DNA of 64,000 bases from Candidatus Margulisiibacteriota bacterium (GCA_025453605.1 JALOPZ010000001.1:365042-429041); one strand, 5' to 3'; shown: positions 1-9,079, counted from the stretch's first letter. Notes: generated by a model not told the origin, from the letters alone. A program made the numbers and translations.

Positions 1-1011
1 TCTGTTTTGATGTGAATTGGACTAATCCCTCCAGTTTCTTTTTGGCCGCGCCGCTGTCGATCGACTCTGCCGCCAGTTTGAGCCCCTCTTTCAGCTCTTT
101 GGCCTTGCCGCCGACATAAATGGCCGCGGCCGCGTTGAGCAGAACAACCTGCCGCCGCGCCTCTTTCTCTTCATTATCCAGGATCCGGATAGCGATCTCG
201 GCGTTCTCCTGGGCGGACCCGCCGCGCAGCGCCTCGTTGCCGACCCGGAGAAAACCAAAATCTTCCGGCTGAACGTAGAAGGTATGGAGCTTCCCCTCTT
301 TCAGCTCGGTGACCCGGCTCTTTTCGCAGAGCGAGATCTCGTCGAGGCCATCGTTGCCGTGGACGACCAGGGCGTGCTTGACGCCGAGGTTGCGCAGAAC
401 GGCCGCCATGATCTCGGTCAGCTCCTCGTGAAAAACACCCAGGACCTGAGCGCCGGCGCTGGCCGGGTTGGAGAGCGGTCCCAGAATATTAAAAACGGTA
501 CTGATGCCGATCTCCTTGCGGGTCGGGGCGGCAAAGCGCATCGCCTGGTGAAAATTCGGGGCGTAGATAAAGCCGATCCCGACCTCGTTAATGCACTCTT
601 CCACCGCTTTGGGGTCGATGTCGACCTTGACGCCGAGCGCTTCCAGGACGTCGGCGGAGCCGCAGCGGCTGGTGATCGAGCGGTTGCCGTGCTTGGCGAT
701 CGGGACGCCGGCGCCGGCCGCCACCAGGGCGGAGACGGTCGAAATATTGAACGTCCCGGCGTGGTCGCCGCCAGTCCCGCAGGTATCGACCAGGTTTTTA
801 GCGCGGGGGAAGATGCTGACCGCGTGCTCGCGCATCTTGGCGGCAAAGCCGGTGATCTCGTCGACGCTCTCTTTCTTGGTGTGGAGCGCGGTGATAAAAG
901 CCGCGATCTGCGACGGCGTGGCGTTCCCCTGCATGATGGTGTCCATCGCGATCGCCGCCTCTTCGCGGGTCAGGTTGTGGCCGTCGACAACTTTGCGGAT
1001 TGCGTCTTTCA
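1..1011 (-). CDS. trpD: Anthranilate phosphoribosyltransferase TrpD (3' end truncated by window start)
   Basis: Minus-strand translation from the ATG at 1009-1011 gives MKDAIRKVVDGHNLTREEAA...GTGGDHAGTFNISTVSALVAAGAGVPIAKHGNRS..., the glycine-rich PRPP-binding signature of TrpD. The frame stays open to base 1 (337 codons, no stop). The plus-strand ORF 284..1042 in the track is its antisense artefact. Confidence 0.85.
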
Positions 1012-1120
1012 TGGTTTTCCCGGTCTGACGCTAACATTATAGACTCAAAATCGGGGCCGGACAAGGGGAGCCCGGTTGACATCGCTCCGGCCGGATGTAA
1101 GAATGACGGGGAGAAGAGCC

Positions 1121-1639
1121 ATGGCCTACGAACGTTTTCCGAGCTGGATCCCGCTTCTATCGGTCACGCAAGCGCTGACGATCTACGCGCTTGGCGCTCT
1201 GCTGGTCGGCGGCTTCGGCCCGACGGCCGCTTTTCTTTATCTCCTCTTCTGCGTCTGGTCCGAATACCGGGTCATGCAAATGTCGTGCCGCCACTGCTGC
1301 TATTTTGGGAAACTGTGCGGCACCGGCAAAGGGATCGTCGCCCCGCTCTTCACCAGGCGGGGGGACCCGTCGCTCTTTCTGGCCAAAGCGATCGGCTGGA
1401 AAGAGCTGATCCCCGACTTCCTGGTTTTCCTGATCCCGGTCCTGGCCGGGCTGATCAACCTTTTCTTTCATTTCCGGTTTTCGACCCTCGGCCTGATCGT
1501 GCTGATCGTCATTCTGGCCCTCCCCGGTTCGGGTTTCATGCGGACCCGCCTGATCTGCGCTAATTGTCGGCAACGGGAGCTTGGCTGCCCGGCCGAAAAA
1601 CTGTTCGGCAGTAAGAAGAAGGAGGGATGTTCATGTTGA
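1121..1639 (+). CDS. Cys-rich integral membrane protein (hypothetical)
   Basis: Start chosen at the ATG 9 nt after a GGGAGAAGAG RBS, downstream of a TTGACA -35 at 1076. Several hydrophobic helices. Motifs CRHCCYFGKLC and CANCRQRELGCP. Stop overlaps the next gene. Confidence 0.5.
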   Translation: MAYERFPSWIPLLSVTQALTIYALGALLVGGFGPTAAFLYLLFCVWSEYRVMQMSCRHCCYFGKLCGTGKGIVAPLFTRRGDPSLFLAKAIGWKELIPDFLVFLIPVLAGLINLFFHFRFSTLGLIVLIVILALPGSGFMRTRLICANCRQRELGCPAEKLFGSKKKEGCSC

Positions 1640-2028
1640 AGAAGATCGGTTTGGTTATCGGGATCATTTTGGTCGTGCTCATTGTTGTCGCCGGGGTGAT
1701 GTTTATCCGCTTCCAGTCAATGGCCAGCAACGTCAAGGCGCAGTACAGCGCGCTCAAGCCGGTCGACCTGCGCCAGGTCAAAGATGGGGTCTACGAGGGG
1801 AGCTTCGGCGATTTCCTGGTTGCCGTCAAGGTCAAGGTAACGGTGAAGTATCACCGGATCCGCGAAGTAAAGATCGTGGAACAGCGGTGCGGTGCCGGCT
1901 ACGAGGCGCTCGATACGACCAGCCGGATCGTCAAAGCGCAGCAGCCCAAGGTTGACGCCGTCACCGGCGCCTCCGGGAGCAGCATGGCGATTATGATCGC
2001 CGTTAAACGGGCGCTGACCGGTAAGTAA
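1627..2028 (+). CDS. FMN-binding domain protein (membrane-anchored, extracytoplasmic)
   Basis: N-terminal TM anchor and a C-terminal DAVTGASGSS flavinylation-type motif as in RnfG/NqrC FMN_bind domains. AAGGAGGG RBS. Confidence 0.7.
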   Translation: MFMLKKIGLVIGIILVVLIVVAGVMFIRFQSMASNVKAQYSALKPVDLRQVKDGVYEGSFGDFLVAVKVKVTVKYHRIREVKIVEQRCGAGYEALDTTSRIVKAQQPKVDAVTGASGSSMAIMIAVKRALTGK

Positions 2029-2157
2029 TGGGACAAACCCAGCCCTGATCACGGTCAGCGGAGCGGCAATGGCCATCGTTTTAGCCGGCTGATGAAAAGC
2101 CCGGTCGGTCCAGCGCGCTCTTACTAGCCGTCTCCGGTTGACCATAAGGAGGGCATT

Positions 2158-2994
2158 ATGAGTTTGATCAAAAAGAACCCGGTCCTGGCCTATTATATCC
2201 TGACCTTTCTCATCTCCTGGGGCGGTTTTCTCCTCATCGGCGGTTCTGGGCTACTCACCGGCACCAACTGGCAAACCGATCCCCGGTTCCAGTTCGCGGT
2301 TTTGGCAATGCTCGCGGGCCCGCCTTTCGCCGGCCTCCTTTTATCGTTTATCGTCTCTGGCAAAGCCGGCCTGCGTGAGTTGTTCGCTCGATCGATCCGT
2401 TGGCGAGTCAGCGGCCGCTGGTATGCGTTCGCGATCCTGACTGCTCCGCTCATCCAGCTGGCGGTGCTCATCGCGCTCTCAAATTTTTCTTCGCTATTTC
2501 TCCCCAGCATTTTCGTTATAAGCGACAAAGCGGCATTACTGGTGGCCGGAATCGCGGTCGGTCTGGTTGGGGGTTTGGTGGAAGAACTCGGTTGGACCGG
2601 CTTTGCCATCCCCCGGTTAAGATCGCGCTACAGCCTTCTCACTACCGGGATCATTGTCGGCATATTCTGGGGCATGTGGCACCTATTGCAGATGTGGTGG
2701 GTAAGCATGACTTCCGCCGAAGCGATCCCGCTGGCCATCTTCGTCCCTTTATACTTCATCTCTTCAATCCTGGCATTGACCGCATTCCGGGTGTTGATGG
2801 TGCGGGTATACGACCGGACAAATAGTTTGCTGGTGGCGATCCTCATGCACGCCAGCTACATCTTCAGCACCCTCTTTGTCCTGGCCCCCCCGATAAAAGG
2901 ACCGGCTTTTTTAATTTATAACTTTGTATTCACTTTTGTTTTGTGGGCCGTCGTTGCGGCAGTCGCTCTGGCCGACCAAAAACAAATCGCATGA
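2158..2994 (+). CDS. CPBP family intramembrane metalloprotease (CAAX protease/Abi-like)
   Basis: Multi-TM protein with EELGWTGFAIPRL (EExxxR) and FWGMWH motifs. RBS TAAGGAGGG. Confidence 0.8.
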   Translation: MSLIKKNPVLAYYILTFLISWGGFLLIGGSGLLTGTNWQTDPRFQFAVLAMLAGPPFAGLLLSFIVSGKAGLRELFARSIRWRVSGRWYAFAILTAPLIQLAVLIALSNFSSLFLPSIFVISDKAALLVAGIAVGLVGGLVEELGWTGFAIPRLRSRYSLLTTGIIVGIFWGMWHLLQMWWVSMTSAEAIPLAIFVPLYFISSILALTAFRVLMVRVYDRTNSLLVAILMHASYIFSTLFVLAPPIKGPAFLIYNFVFTFVLWAVVAAVALADQKQIA

Positions 2995-3833
2995 AGAGGA
3001 TAATGGCCTTTATCAAGAATAATCCGGTCATCGCTTATTTTACCCTGACCTTCGCCATCTCCTGGGGAGCGATCCTGGTCCTGATCGCGCTCAACGGGAT
3101 GCCGACAACCATAGCCGAAGCCAACGCGCAGCTCCCGATCGCGATCGTGGCGATGCTCGGCGGCCCTTTGGTCTCCGGTTTGTTGCTGATCGGCCTGGTT
3201 GACGGCCGGGCCGGTTACCGCGATCTCCTCTCCCGGCTCTTTAAATGGCGCGTTGGCCTCAAATGGTACGCCATCGCCCTGCTGACCGCGCCAGCGGTGA
3301 TGTTGCCGGTCCAATATTTCCTGACGTTGTTTTCCCCGGCCTACCAGTTTGGTTTCCTGGGGCCTAACGGTTCAGCCTTGCTGGTCATGGCGATAATGTC
3401 CGGCCTAGTGGTCGGCATCTGCGAGGAGATCGGCTGGTTCGGCTTTGCCATACCAAAGATGCGGCTCCGTTTCACTCCACTGAAAACCGGTTTGATCGTC
3501 GGCGTCCTCTGGGGAGCGTGGCATATCATGGCTAACGATATCTGGGCGATCCAAACTTATACCGGCGATCTGAACCCGATATTATACGCGCTCCTAGCCG
3601 GGTTCAGCTATTTGATCGGCTCGCTCCCTCCCTTCCGGGTCCTGATGGTCTGGGTCTATGAGCGGACCGGCAGTTTGCTTATAATGATAATAATGCATTT
3701 CAGTCTGACCGCCTGTTCTATATCCTTTGCTTCTCAGACGGCGTCAGGGTGGCAGGTCTTTATCTACGGTTTCTCTATCGCCGCCGCGATGTGGTTGCTG
3801 GCCGGAGTAGCGGTCTGGGCTAAAAAGCTTTAG
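2991..3833 (+). CDS. CPBP family intramembrane metalloprotease, tandem paralog
   Basis: CEEIGWFGFAIPKMR and WGAWH motifs. The N-terminus (IKNNPVIAYFTLTFAISWG) parallels the upstream paralog. ATGA start/stop overlap with the upstream gene. Confidence 0.8.
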   Translation: MKRIMAFIKNNPVIAYFTLTFAISWGAILVLIALNGMPTTIAEANAQLPIAIVAMLGGPLVSGLLLIGLVDGRAGYRDLLSRLFKWRVGLKWYAIALLTAPAVMLPVQYFLTLFSPAYQFGFLGPNGSALLVMAIMSGLVVGICEEIGWFGFAIPKMRLRFTPLKTGLIVGVLWGAWHIMANDIWAIQTYTGDLNPILYALLAGFSYLIGSLPPFRVLMVWVYERTGSLLIMIIMHFSLTACSISFASQTASGWQVFIYGFSIAAAMWLLAGVAVWAKKL

Positions 3834-4539
3834 TCCCCGTTATCCTGATGATCGTCCCGGTCAGGTCGATCTCGGGAGCGGTGGTATCAACTTCGCTCAA
3901 GACCTTACGAAAGCCGCCGAGCTTGCCGGAAAAGGCGCTGGCCCCCAATCCCATCCCCCACTCGTCGCTGATCTTCCAGGTCAGGTCGAGCCCCAGGCTG
4001 CTGCAGGTCCCCGATCCCCAGCGGTTGGTATTATAGGTGGTCTTGGTGTTGTCGTTCGTCTTATTGTAATTATATCCGCCCAGCATCACGCCGGCGCCGG
4101 GGGTCACGCTGAGGAGAAAGTTCTTATTCTGGTAGAGCCGCCATTCCAGTACCAGCTGGGCGCTGCCGTAGGCAAAGAAGAGGTCTTCGTAAACTTTGGT
4201 CGCGCTCTGCCGGTAAGTATAGTTGCCCGCCCCGCCAAAGCTGCCACCGATCAGCAGCTTGTCATTGATCGGCTGGCGGACGTCAAAAGAGCCGCCGTAG
4301 AGGTTGCGGACCGCCGGCAGGCCGGGGAACGCGGCGTTGAACTGGGCCGGATCGAACAACTGCACCCCGCCGCCAAAGCGGGTGTTCTTATGCAGCCCTT
4401 CGAATTTTTTCTGCTCCAGCTTTTTCTGGAACAGTTCCGCCTGCTCCGGGGTCAGCTTGTCGACATCCTCCAGCAAACCGGCTAGCGCCGGGATCACCAG
4501 GAAACTGACCGCCAGGAGCGTTAACAATCCGTTTTTCAT
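3820..4539 (-). CDS. Secreted protein, possible small outer-membrane beta-barrel
   Basis: Signal peptide MKNGLLTLLAVSFLVIPALA. Gly/Tyr/Asn/Thr-rich alternating C-terminal region ending in aromatic Phe. No recognisable enzymatic motif. Confidence 0.45.
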   Translation of the reverse strand: MKNGLLTLLAVSFLVIPALAGLLEDVDKLTPEQAELFQKKLEQKKFEGLHKNTRFGGGVQLFDPAQFNAAFPGLPAVRNLYGGSFDVRQPINDKLLIGGSFGGAGNYTYRQSATKVYEDLFFAYGSAQLVLEWRLYQNKNFLLSVTPGAGVMLGGYNYNKTNDNTKTTYNTNRWGSGTCSSLGLDLTWKISDEWGMGLGASAFSGKLGGFRKVLSEVDTTAPEIDLTGTIIRITGTKAF

Positions 4540-4580
4540 TTGAATCCTCCTATGACTTATGACCGCAGATAATTATACTA

Positions 4581-6005
4581 ATGTCATTAGAAACATTGCA
4601 AGTCAGCCAGTTGTTCCAAGTTGACTCCCCGCCCCCACGGTGGGAAAATGGCTCCGTCATGACCATTAAGCAATTCTTCGCCGGCCGTCCGGCATCTTAC
4701 CGGCTCTTCCAGCTGGTCAAGAAACAGCTAAAAGCTCTGGGGCCGGTCAAGATCGAGGTCAGAAAAACCCAGGTTTCTTTCGGGACCAAACGGAAGTTCG
4801 CCTGGGTCTGGCTGCCGCAGATGTGGATCAAAAAGCGGCTGGCGGACAGCATCACCTTAACTTTCGCTTTGCCGCGCCGGGTCAGGCACCGGCAGATCGC
4901 GGAAGCTGTCCAACCCCGTCCCCGCCATTGGACGCACCACGTTATCATAGAAAAGCCGTCCGATCTCGGCCGGGAAGTCAGGCAGTGGCTGAAAGAGGCG
5001 TTCGCGCAAAGTTTGTCCCTTTGCTGGATAATTGCCCTTATTCTCCTTTTCAGCGCCGGCCCAACTCTGGCCGAAGATGGGGTCGACTACGGCTACTGGT
5101 GCACCGACTGCGGGAGGCAGCACGGCCCCTCTGAATCGTGCCCCAAAGCCGGCGCACCCGCCCCTTCCACCCCGGACGAGCCATACGATTGGTCTCAACC
5201 TGCTTCTTCCCCAACCCCGACCAGGAGCGAACTGACCCCGGCCGAAAAACACCGGCAGGAAGCGGCGGAGTTTAACCGGCAAGGCGAAGAATTAATGCAA
5301 TTCGGCCGGCCTGATGAGGCGTACAACAAATTCTGGAGCGCCTGGTTCATGGAAATGGACGTGCCGCTCTATAAAAGCAACCTGGAACAAGCCAAAGCGG
5401 CCCTCAGCGTCCGCCAGGCGGAGCGCGATACTAAGATCAAAGAGGCATCTGTTCGGTTAAAGAAGCTGATAATTTCCGACCCGTCGCTCGTCAACGCCCG
5501 CGACCCAAAAACGGCGGACGAAACGGTCGTCGCCCTCCTCTTTTTGACTGATACCCGGCCGGGCGGACTGTTCAAGCTGAACCCGGAACTGCCTTTCATC
5601 AATCCCCTGCGCGAGCCGGAGCGGTACAAAGCTTGGGAAGAAGCAGAGCGAAAACGGCTGCAGCTCGAAGAGTTTAACCAGAAAGCCAGGGAGCTCGATG
5701 CCGCCCGCGACCGGATCATCAGGGAAGAGAACAGGACGATCAATCGCGACCAGAAGCGGCTCTTTAAGGTGGCGGTCCGGGAATTCCAGGCTGTCCGGGG
5801 GACCGACCCGCTGACCACCTTCGCTTCGCTGGAAGCTCGGCGGATAGCCGATCCGGCCCTGCAAAAGAAACTCAATCAGATTGCCAGCGCTTACTGGCAG
5901 AAGTCGGACGCGGCTAATTTGCAAGCGAGCGAGCAGGCCATGGAGCAGATGAAATCCGAGGTCAACAAGTTCTTTCAAAGACACCCGGAGTTAGCGCGGC
6001 CCTGA
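4581..6005 (+). CDS. DUF5655-like N-terminal domain fused in frame to a TM segment and a secreted coiled-coil/Cys-motif region
   Basis: Residues about 27-143 (MTIKQFFAGRPASYRLFQLVKK...WLKEAFA) match my recollection of the DUF5655 family. A hydrophobic signal-like segment LSLCWIIALILLFSAGPTLA begins at an internal TTG preceded by AAAGAGG. A CTDCGRQHGPSESC motif and long charged coiled-coil repeats follow. The true start may be the ATG at 4659. Confidence 0.55.
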   Translation: MSLETLQVSQLFQVDSPPPRWENGSVMTIKQFFAGRPASYRLFQLVKKQLKALGPVKIEVRKTQVSFGTKRKFAWVWLPQMWIKKRLADSITLTFALPRRVRHRQIAEAVQPRPRHWTHHVIIEKPSDLGREVRQWLKEAFAQSLSLCWIIALILLFSAGPTLAEDGVDYGYWCTDCGRQHGPSESCPKAGAPAPSTPDEPYDWSQPASSPTPTRSELTPAEKHRQEAAEFNRQGEELMQFGRPDEAYNKFWSAWFMEMDVPLYKSNLEQAKAALSVRQAERDTKIKEASVRLKKLIISDPSLVNARDPKTADETVVALLFLTDTRPGGLFKLNPELPFINPLREPERYKAWEEAERKRLQLEEFNQKARELDAARDRIIREENRTINRDQKRLFKVAVREFQAVRGTDPLTTFASLEARRIADPALQKKLNQIASAYWQKSDAANLQASEQAMEQMKSEVNKFFQRHPELARP

Positions 6006-6100
6006 CCGTTCCCCTGGCTACCTCACCCTTGTGTTGACTTCACCACTCCCTAATGGGACAATTTCCTCAGCCAGAGAATAATCATAAGGATGGTGGGGAA

Positions 6101-6436
6101 ATGAAACCGCTTATCACCCTGTTCCTCTCGCTGGTCGCCGCAACCGTGGTCTTCGCTCATGCGCCGTCCGACATTAAGGCAGCCTATGATCAAAAAAACC
6201 AGTTCCTGACGATCACCGTCGCCCATCAGGTCGGCGATCCGAAAAGCCATTACGTCAACGCGGTCGAGGTCAAACTTAACGGCCGGCAGGTACTGGCCCA
6301 GCGGTTCGATCATCAGTACGGCGACAAACAACAGCTGGTCATCGCCTTCTGGCCCAATTTAAAAAGCGGAACAGAGCTGGAGATCAAGGCCGACTGTAGC
6401 CGGTTCGGGGCGAAAAATGTTCGGATCAAGCTCTAA
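6101..6436 (+). CDS. Small secreted protein (hypothetical)
   Basis: RBS AAGGATGGTGGGG, then MKPLITLFLSLVAATVVFAHA signal peptide. About 110 aa with several His residues. Family not recognised. Confidence 0.5.
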   Translation: MKPLITLFLSLVAATVVFAHAPSDIKAAYDQKNQFLTITVAHQVGDPKSHYVNAVEVKLNGRQVLAQRFDHQYGDKQQLVIAFWPNLKSGTELEIKADCSRFGAKNVRIKL

Positions 6437-6956
6437 AGATCCTTCGCTCTGGTCGCTGCTCGCTGTCAATCTCCTGACCATCGCGCTGGCGGTCAAGTTC
6501 AACTGGAGCGTCCTGGAGCTGATGTGGATCTATTGGGGGCAGAGCGTGACGATCGGCGCGTTCAACGTTGTCCGTCTGCGGCCAAATATCGGGACCGCCA
6601 CCTTCTTTGCCCTGCATTTTGGTTTTTTCCACCTGATCTACGCGATCTTCCTGTCGGTCTTCACGCTGGCCGGCGACGAGCTCTTCCCCGGCGCGGCCCC
6701 GATCGATTGGCGGACCGTGCTGGGGGTGGTCGGCATGTTCGCCGCCAACCACGGTTTTTCGTTCCTCTACAACCGGGAGCGGGACGCGGCCAGGTTCGAT
6801 GAATCGCGGCTGATGTTCTATCCCTACGTCCGGATCTTCCCGATGCACCTGACGATCATCTTCGGCGCGCTCCTAAGCGGAACCTTCCCGCTTTTGCTCT
6901 TTATGGGGCTTAAGACAGCGGCCGACCTCGCCACGCATATTCTGGAACATCGCTAG
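6417..6956 (+). CDS. Integral membrane protein (DUF6498-like, hypothetical)
   Basis: About 5 predicted TM helices. Overlaps the upstream gene end. Family assignment is from memory only. Confidence 0.45.
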   Translation: MFGSSSKDPSLWSLLAVNLLTIALAVKFNWSVLELMWIYWGQSVTIGAFNVVRLRPNIGTATFFALHFGFFHLIYAIFLSVFTLAGDELFPGAAPIDWRTVLGVVGMFAANHGFSFLYNRERDAARFDESRLMFYPYVRIFPMHLTIIFGALLSGTFPLLLFMGLKTAADLATHILEHR

Positions 6957-6972
6957 AGGGGAGAATATTTCC

Positions 6973-7968
6973 GTGCCCAAAATACTGATGCTCTTTTATC
7001 TGTTCCTTGCCCTAACCGGAGGTGTATTAGCTATGGCGCAAGCTCCCAAAACGAGCGAGAGCGGCAAGATCAAGCTCTATGACCCAAGCCTGGGGACGGT
7101 CGTCGTTGTTGACCGGGTGGTCAAGAGCGATCAGGAGTGGGAGAAACTGCTGAACCCCGCACAATATGAAGTGACGACCAAAAAAGGGACCGAGGCCCCT
7201 TTTACCTGCTCGTTTGAGCAGATCAAAGAAGCCGGCCTTTACCAGTGTGTCCGCTGCGGCACGGCGCTGTTCAAGGCCGGCACCAAGTTTGAGTCGGGGA
7301 CCGGCTGGCCGAGCTTTTACGAGCCGGTTTCGCCCCTCAACGTCCTGGAGAAGCCGGACAATTCGCTCGGAATGAAGCGGACCGAGGTTGTTTGCGCCCG
7401 TTGCGACGCGCATCTCGGCCATGTTTTTGCTGATGGCCCCCGCCCGACCGGCAAACGCTATTGCATCAACGGGGTCGCGCTCCTGTTCGTCCCCTTTGGC
7501 GCGAAAGAAAAATACCCGGCGGCGACTTTTGGCGGCGGTTGTTTCTGGCACGTGGAAGAGGAATTCCGGAAAACCAAAGGAGTGGTCGATACGGCGGTCG
7601 GTTTTGCCGGCGGGACGGTGCCGGAGCCGTCGTACGAGCGCGTCTGCCGGGGCGACACCGGGCATGCCGAGGTTGTTCATCTCAAGTTCGATCCCAATGT
7701 GATCAGCTACGACCGGCTGCTCGACGTTTTCTGGTCGATCCACGACCCGACCCAGCTTGACCGGCAGGGGCCGGACGTCGGCAAGCAATATCGATCGGTC
7801 ATTTTCTATTATGATGACGCGCAGCAGCAAGCCGCGCAGAAGTCCAAGGAAAAACTGGCCAAATCCGGTAAGTATAAGGGGGCGATCGTGACCGAGATCG
7901 TCCCCGCCGCTAACTTCTTCCGGGCCGAAGAGTATCATCAAAAGTATTTGCAGAAAAGGGGAGAATAA
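6973..7968 (+). CDS. msrAB: Secreted bifunctional peptide methionine sulfoxide reductase MsrB-MsrA fusion
   Basis: Signal peptide. MsrB half with CVRCGTALF...RTEVVCARCDAHLGHVFADGP zinc/active-site motifs. MsrA half with the GGGCFWHVEEEF active site. Confidence 0.9.
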   Translation: MPKILMLFYLFLALTGGVLAMAQAPKTSESGKIKLYDPSLGTVVVVDRVVKSDQEWEKLLNPAQYEVTTKKGTEAPFTCSFEQIKEAGLYQCVRCGTALFKAGTKFESGTGWPSFYEPVSPLNVLEKPDNSLGMKRTEVVCARCDAHLGHVFADGPRPTGKRYCINGVALLFVPFGAKEKYPAATFGGGCFWHVEEEFRKTKGVVDTAVGFAGGTVPEPSYERVCRGDTGHAEVVHLKFDPNVISYDRLLDVFWSIHDPTQLDRQGPDVGKQYRSVIFYYDDAQQQAAQKSKEKLAKSGKYKGAIVTEIVPAANFFRAEEYHQKYLQKRGE

Positions 7969-7972
7969 GCTT

Positions 7973-8434
7973 ATGAAAACATTGATCATCTGTGCTTCCT
8001 ATCATCATCAAAACACGCTGAAGGTGGCCCGGGCGATGAACGAGGTGCTTGGGGGGACGATCGTGGCGCCGGCCGATGTCGACCTCTCCACCCTGGCCGG
8101 CTACGACCTGATCGGCTTTGGCTCCGGCGCTTACAACCAATTCTTCCATCCCAGCATGCTCAAGCTGGCCGCCAAACTGCCGGAGCTGAAGGGGAAAAAA
8201 GCCTTTATTTTTTCGACCAATACGTTCGGCCTGCGGCTTTTTAACGACAAGTTCAAGCCGCTGCTGGAGCAAAAGGGGTTTTCGGTTGTTGCCGACTTTT
8301 CCTGCCGCGGCTTTATCGACTTCAGCTTCACCCGGTTCTTCTTCGGCGGCATCAGCAAAGGCCACCCCAGCGAGAAAGAGCTGCAGGCCGCGCGCGAGTT
8401 TGCCAGGCAATTGACCTTGGCGGCCGGGGGCTAA
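7973..8434 (+). CDS. Flavodoxin-family protein
   Basis: MKTLIICASYHHQNTL...IGFGSGAYNQ... flavodoxin-like fold pattern, about 150 aa. Confidence 0.65.
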   Translation: MKTLIICASYHHQNTLKVARAMNEVLGGTIVAPADVDLSTLAGYDLIGFGSGAYNQFFHPSMLKLAAKLPELKGKKAFIFSTNTFGLRLFNDKFKPLLEQKGFSVVADFSCRGFIDFSFTRFFFGGISKGHPSEKELQAAREFARQLTLAAGG

Positions 8435-8436
8435 AG

Positions 8437-8979
8437 TTATTCGTTAGGTCTAAACCCGATCCGCTTTTTCGGCTTTTCCTCAAAAGCGATGATCCGTTTA
8501 ATCTCATCAACGATTTGCAGAATAGCGCTATCGTGCCCGTCAACTCTCCCTTCTAGTTCCCTGAACTTATCAAGTATTTCTTTATGGGAAGCTAACATCG
8601 TCCGTAGCCGGGTAAAAGCCCTCATGATAGCAATATTCACCTGAATAGCCCGCTCACTATGTAAAACAGAAGAAAGCATAGCCACTCCGTTTTCCGTAAA
8701 AGCATATGGGAGATACCGACGGCCACCCCGCTTTAGGGGCACAAATTGCGACCTTATGTTTGAGGTTCCAAAATGGAACCTCAATTCCTCATATTCATGT
8801 AAAATAAGCTTAAACATAAAGTCATCCGGGAACCGACCTATATTTCTGGCAACAGCTTTATTCAGCTCCTTTGTTCTAACGCCATAAAGATCAGCTAAAT
8901 CGCTATCAAGCATGACTTTTTGCCCTCTGATGAGGAAAATCTTGTTTTCGATCCGTTCGATCGGCAGCAGTTCGCTCAT
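8437..8979 (-). CDS. ORF6N/KilA-N-like DNA-binding domain protein with a C-terminal coiled coil (phage-type)
   Basis: MSELLPIERIENKIFLIRGQKVMLDSDLADLYGV... matches the ORF6N domain. The gene has markedly lower GC than its neighbours. The track ORF is extended upstream over the conserved non-coding element. Confidence 0.75.
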   Translation of the reverse strand: MSELLPIERIENKIFLIRGQKVMLDSDLADLYGVRTKELNKAVARNIGRFPDDFMFKLILHEYEELRFHFGTSNIRSQFVPLKRGGRRYLPYAFTENGVAMLSSVLHSERAIQVNIAIMRAFTRLRTMLASHKEILDKFRELEGRVDGHDSAILQIVDEIKRIIAFEEKPKKRIGFRPNE

Positions 8980-8987
8980 GGGGAAGC

Positions 8988-9067
8988 TTACAGCAATCTT
9001 ATTGCCACCTCGACTCGCGGTCGGCACGAGGCAGCCGGCTCGCTCGGTGTAGCGTTTTTCGACACCC
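8988..9067 (-). repeat. Copy A of an ~80-nt conserved non-coding element, sense with and directly 5' of the ORF6N gene
   Basis: About 80% identical to 11511..11595 in inverted orientation. Shared blocks are CTACACCGAGCGAGC, GCCTCGTGCCGACCGC, AGTCGAGGTGG and TTGCTGTAA. Confidence 0.7.
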
Positions 9068-9079
9068 AGCCTCCCCAAC

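Noticed and set aside
284-1042. 252-aa plus-strand ORF overlapping the start of the window
   Set aside because: Antisense to a clear trpD reading frame. Ala/Gly/Arg/Asp-rich composition typical of GC-driven spurious ORFs.
8993-9078. N-terminal extension of the ORF6N protein (track ORF starting at 9078)
   Set aside because: The extension is translated from copy A of the 80-nt element, whose paralogous copy B contains stops in all frames. The conserved Met-Ser-Glu-Leu-Leu start at 8979 aligns with the ORF6N domain boundary.
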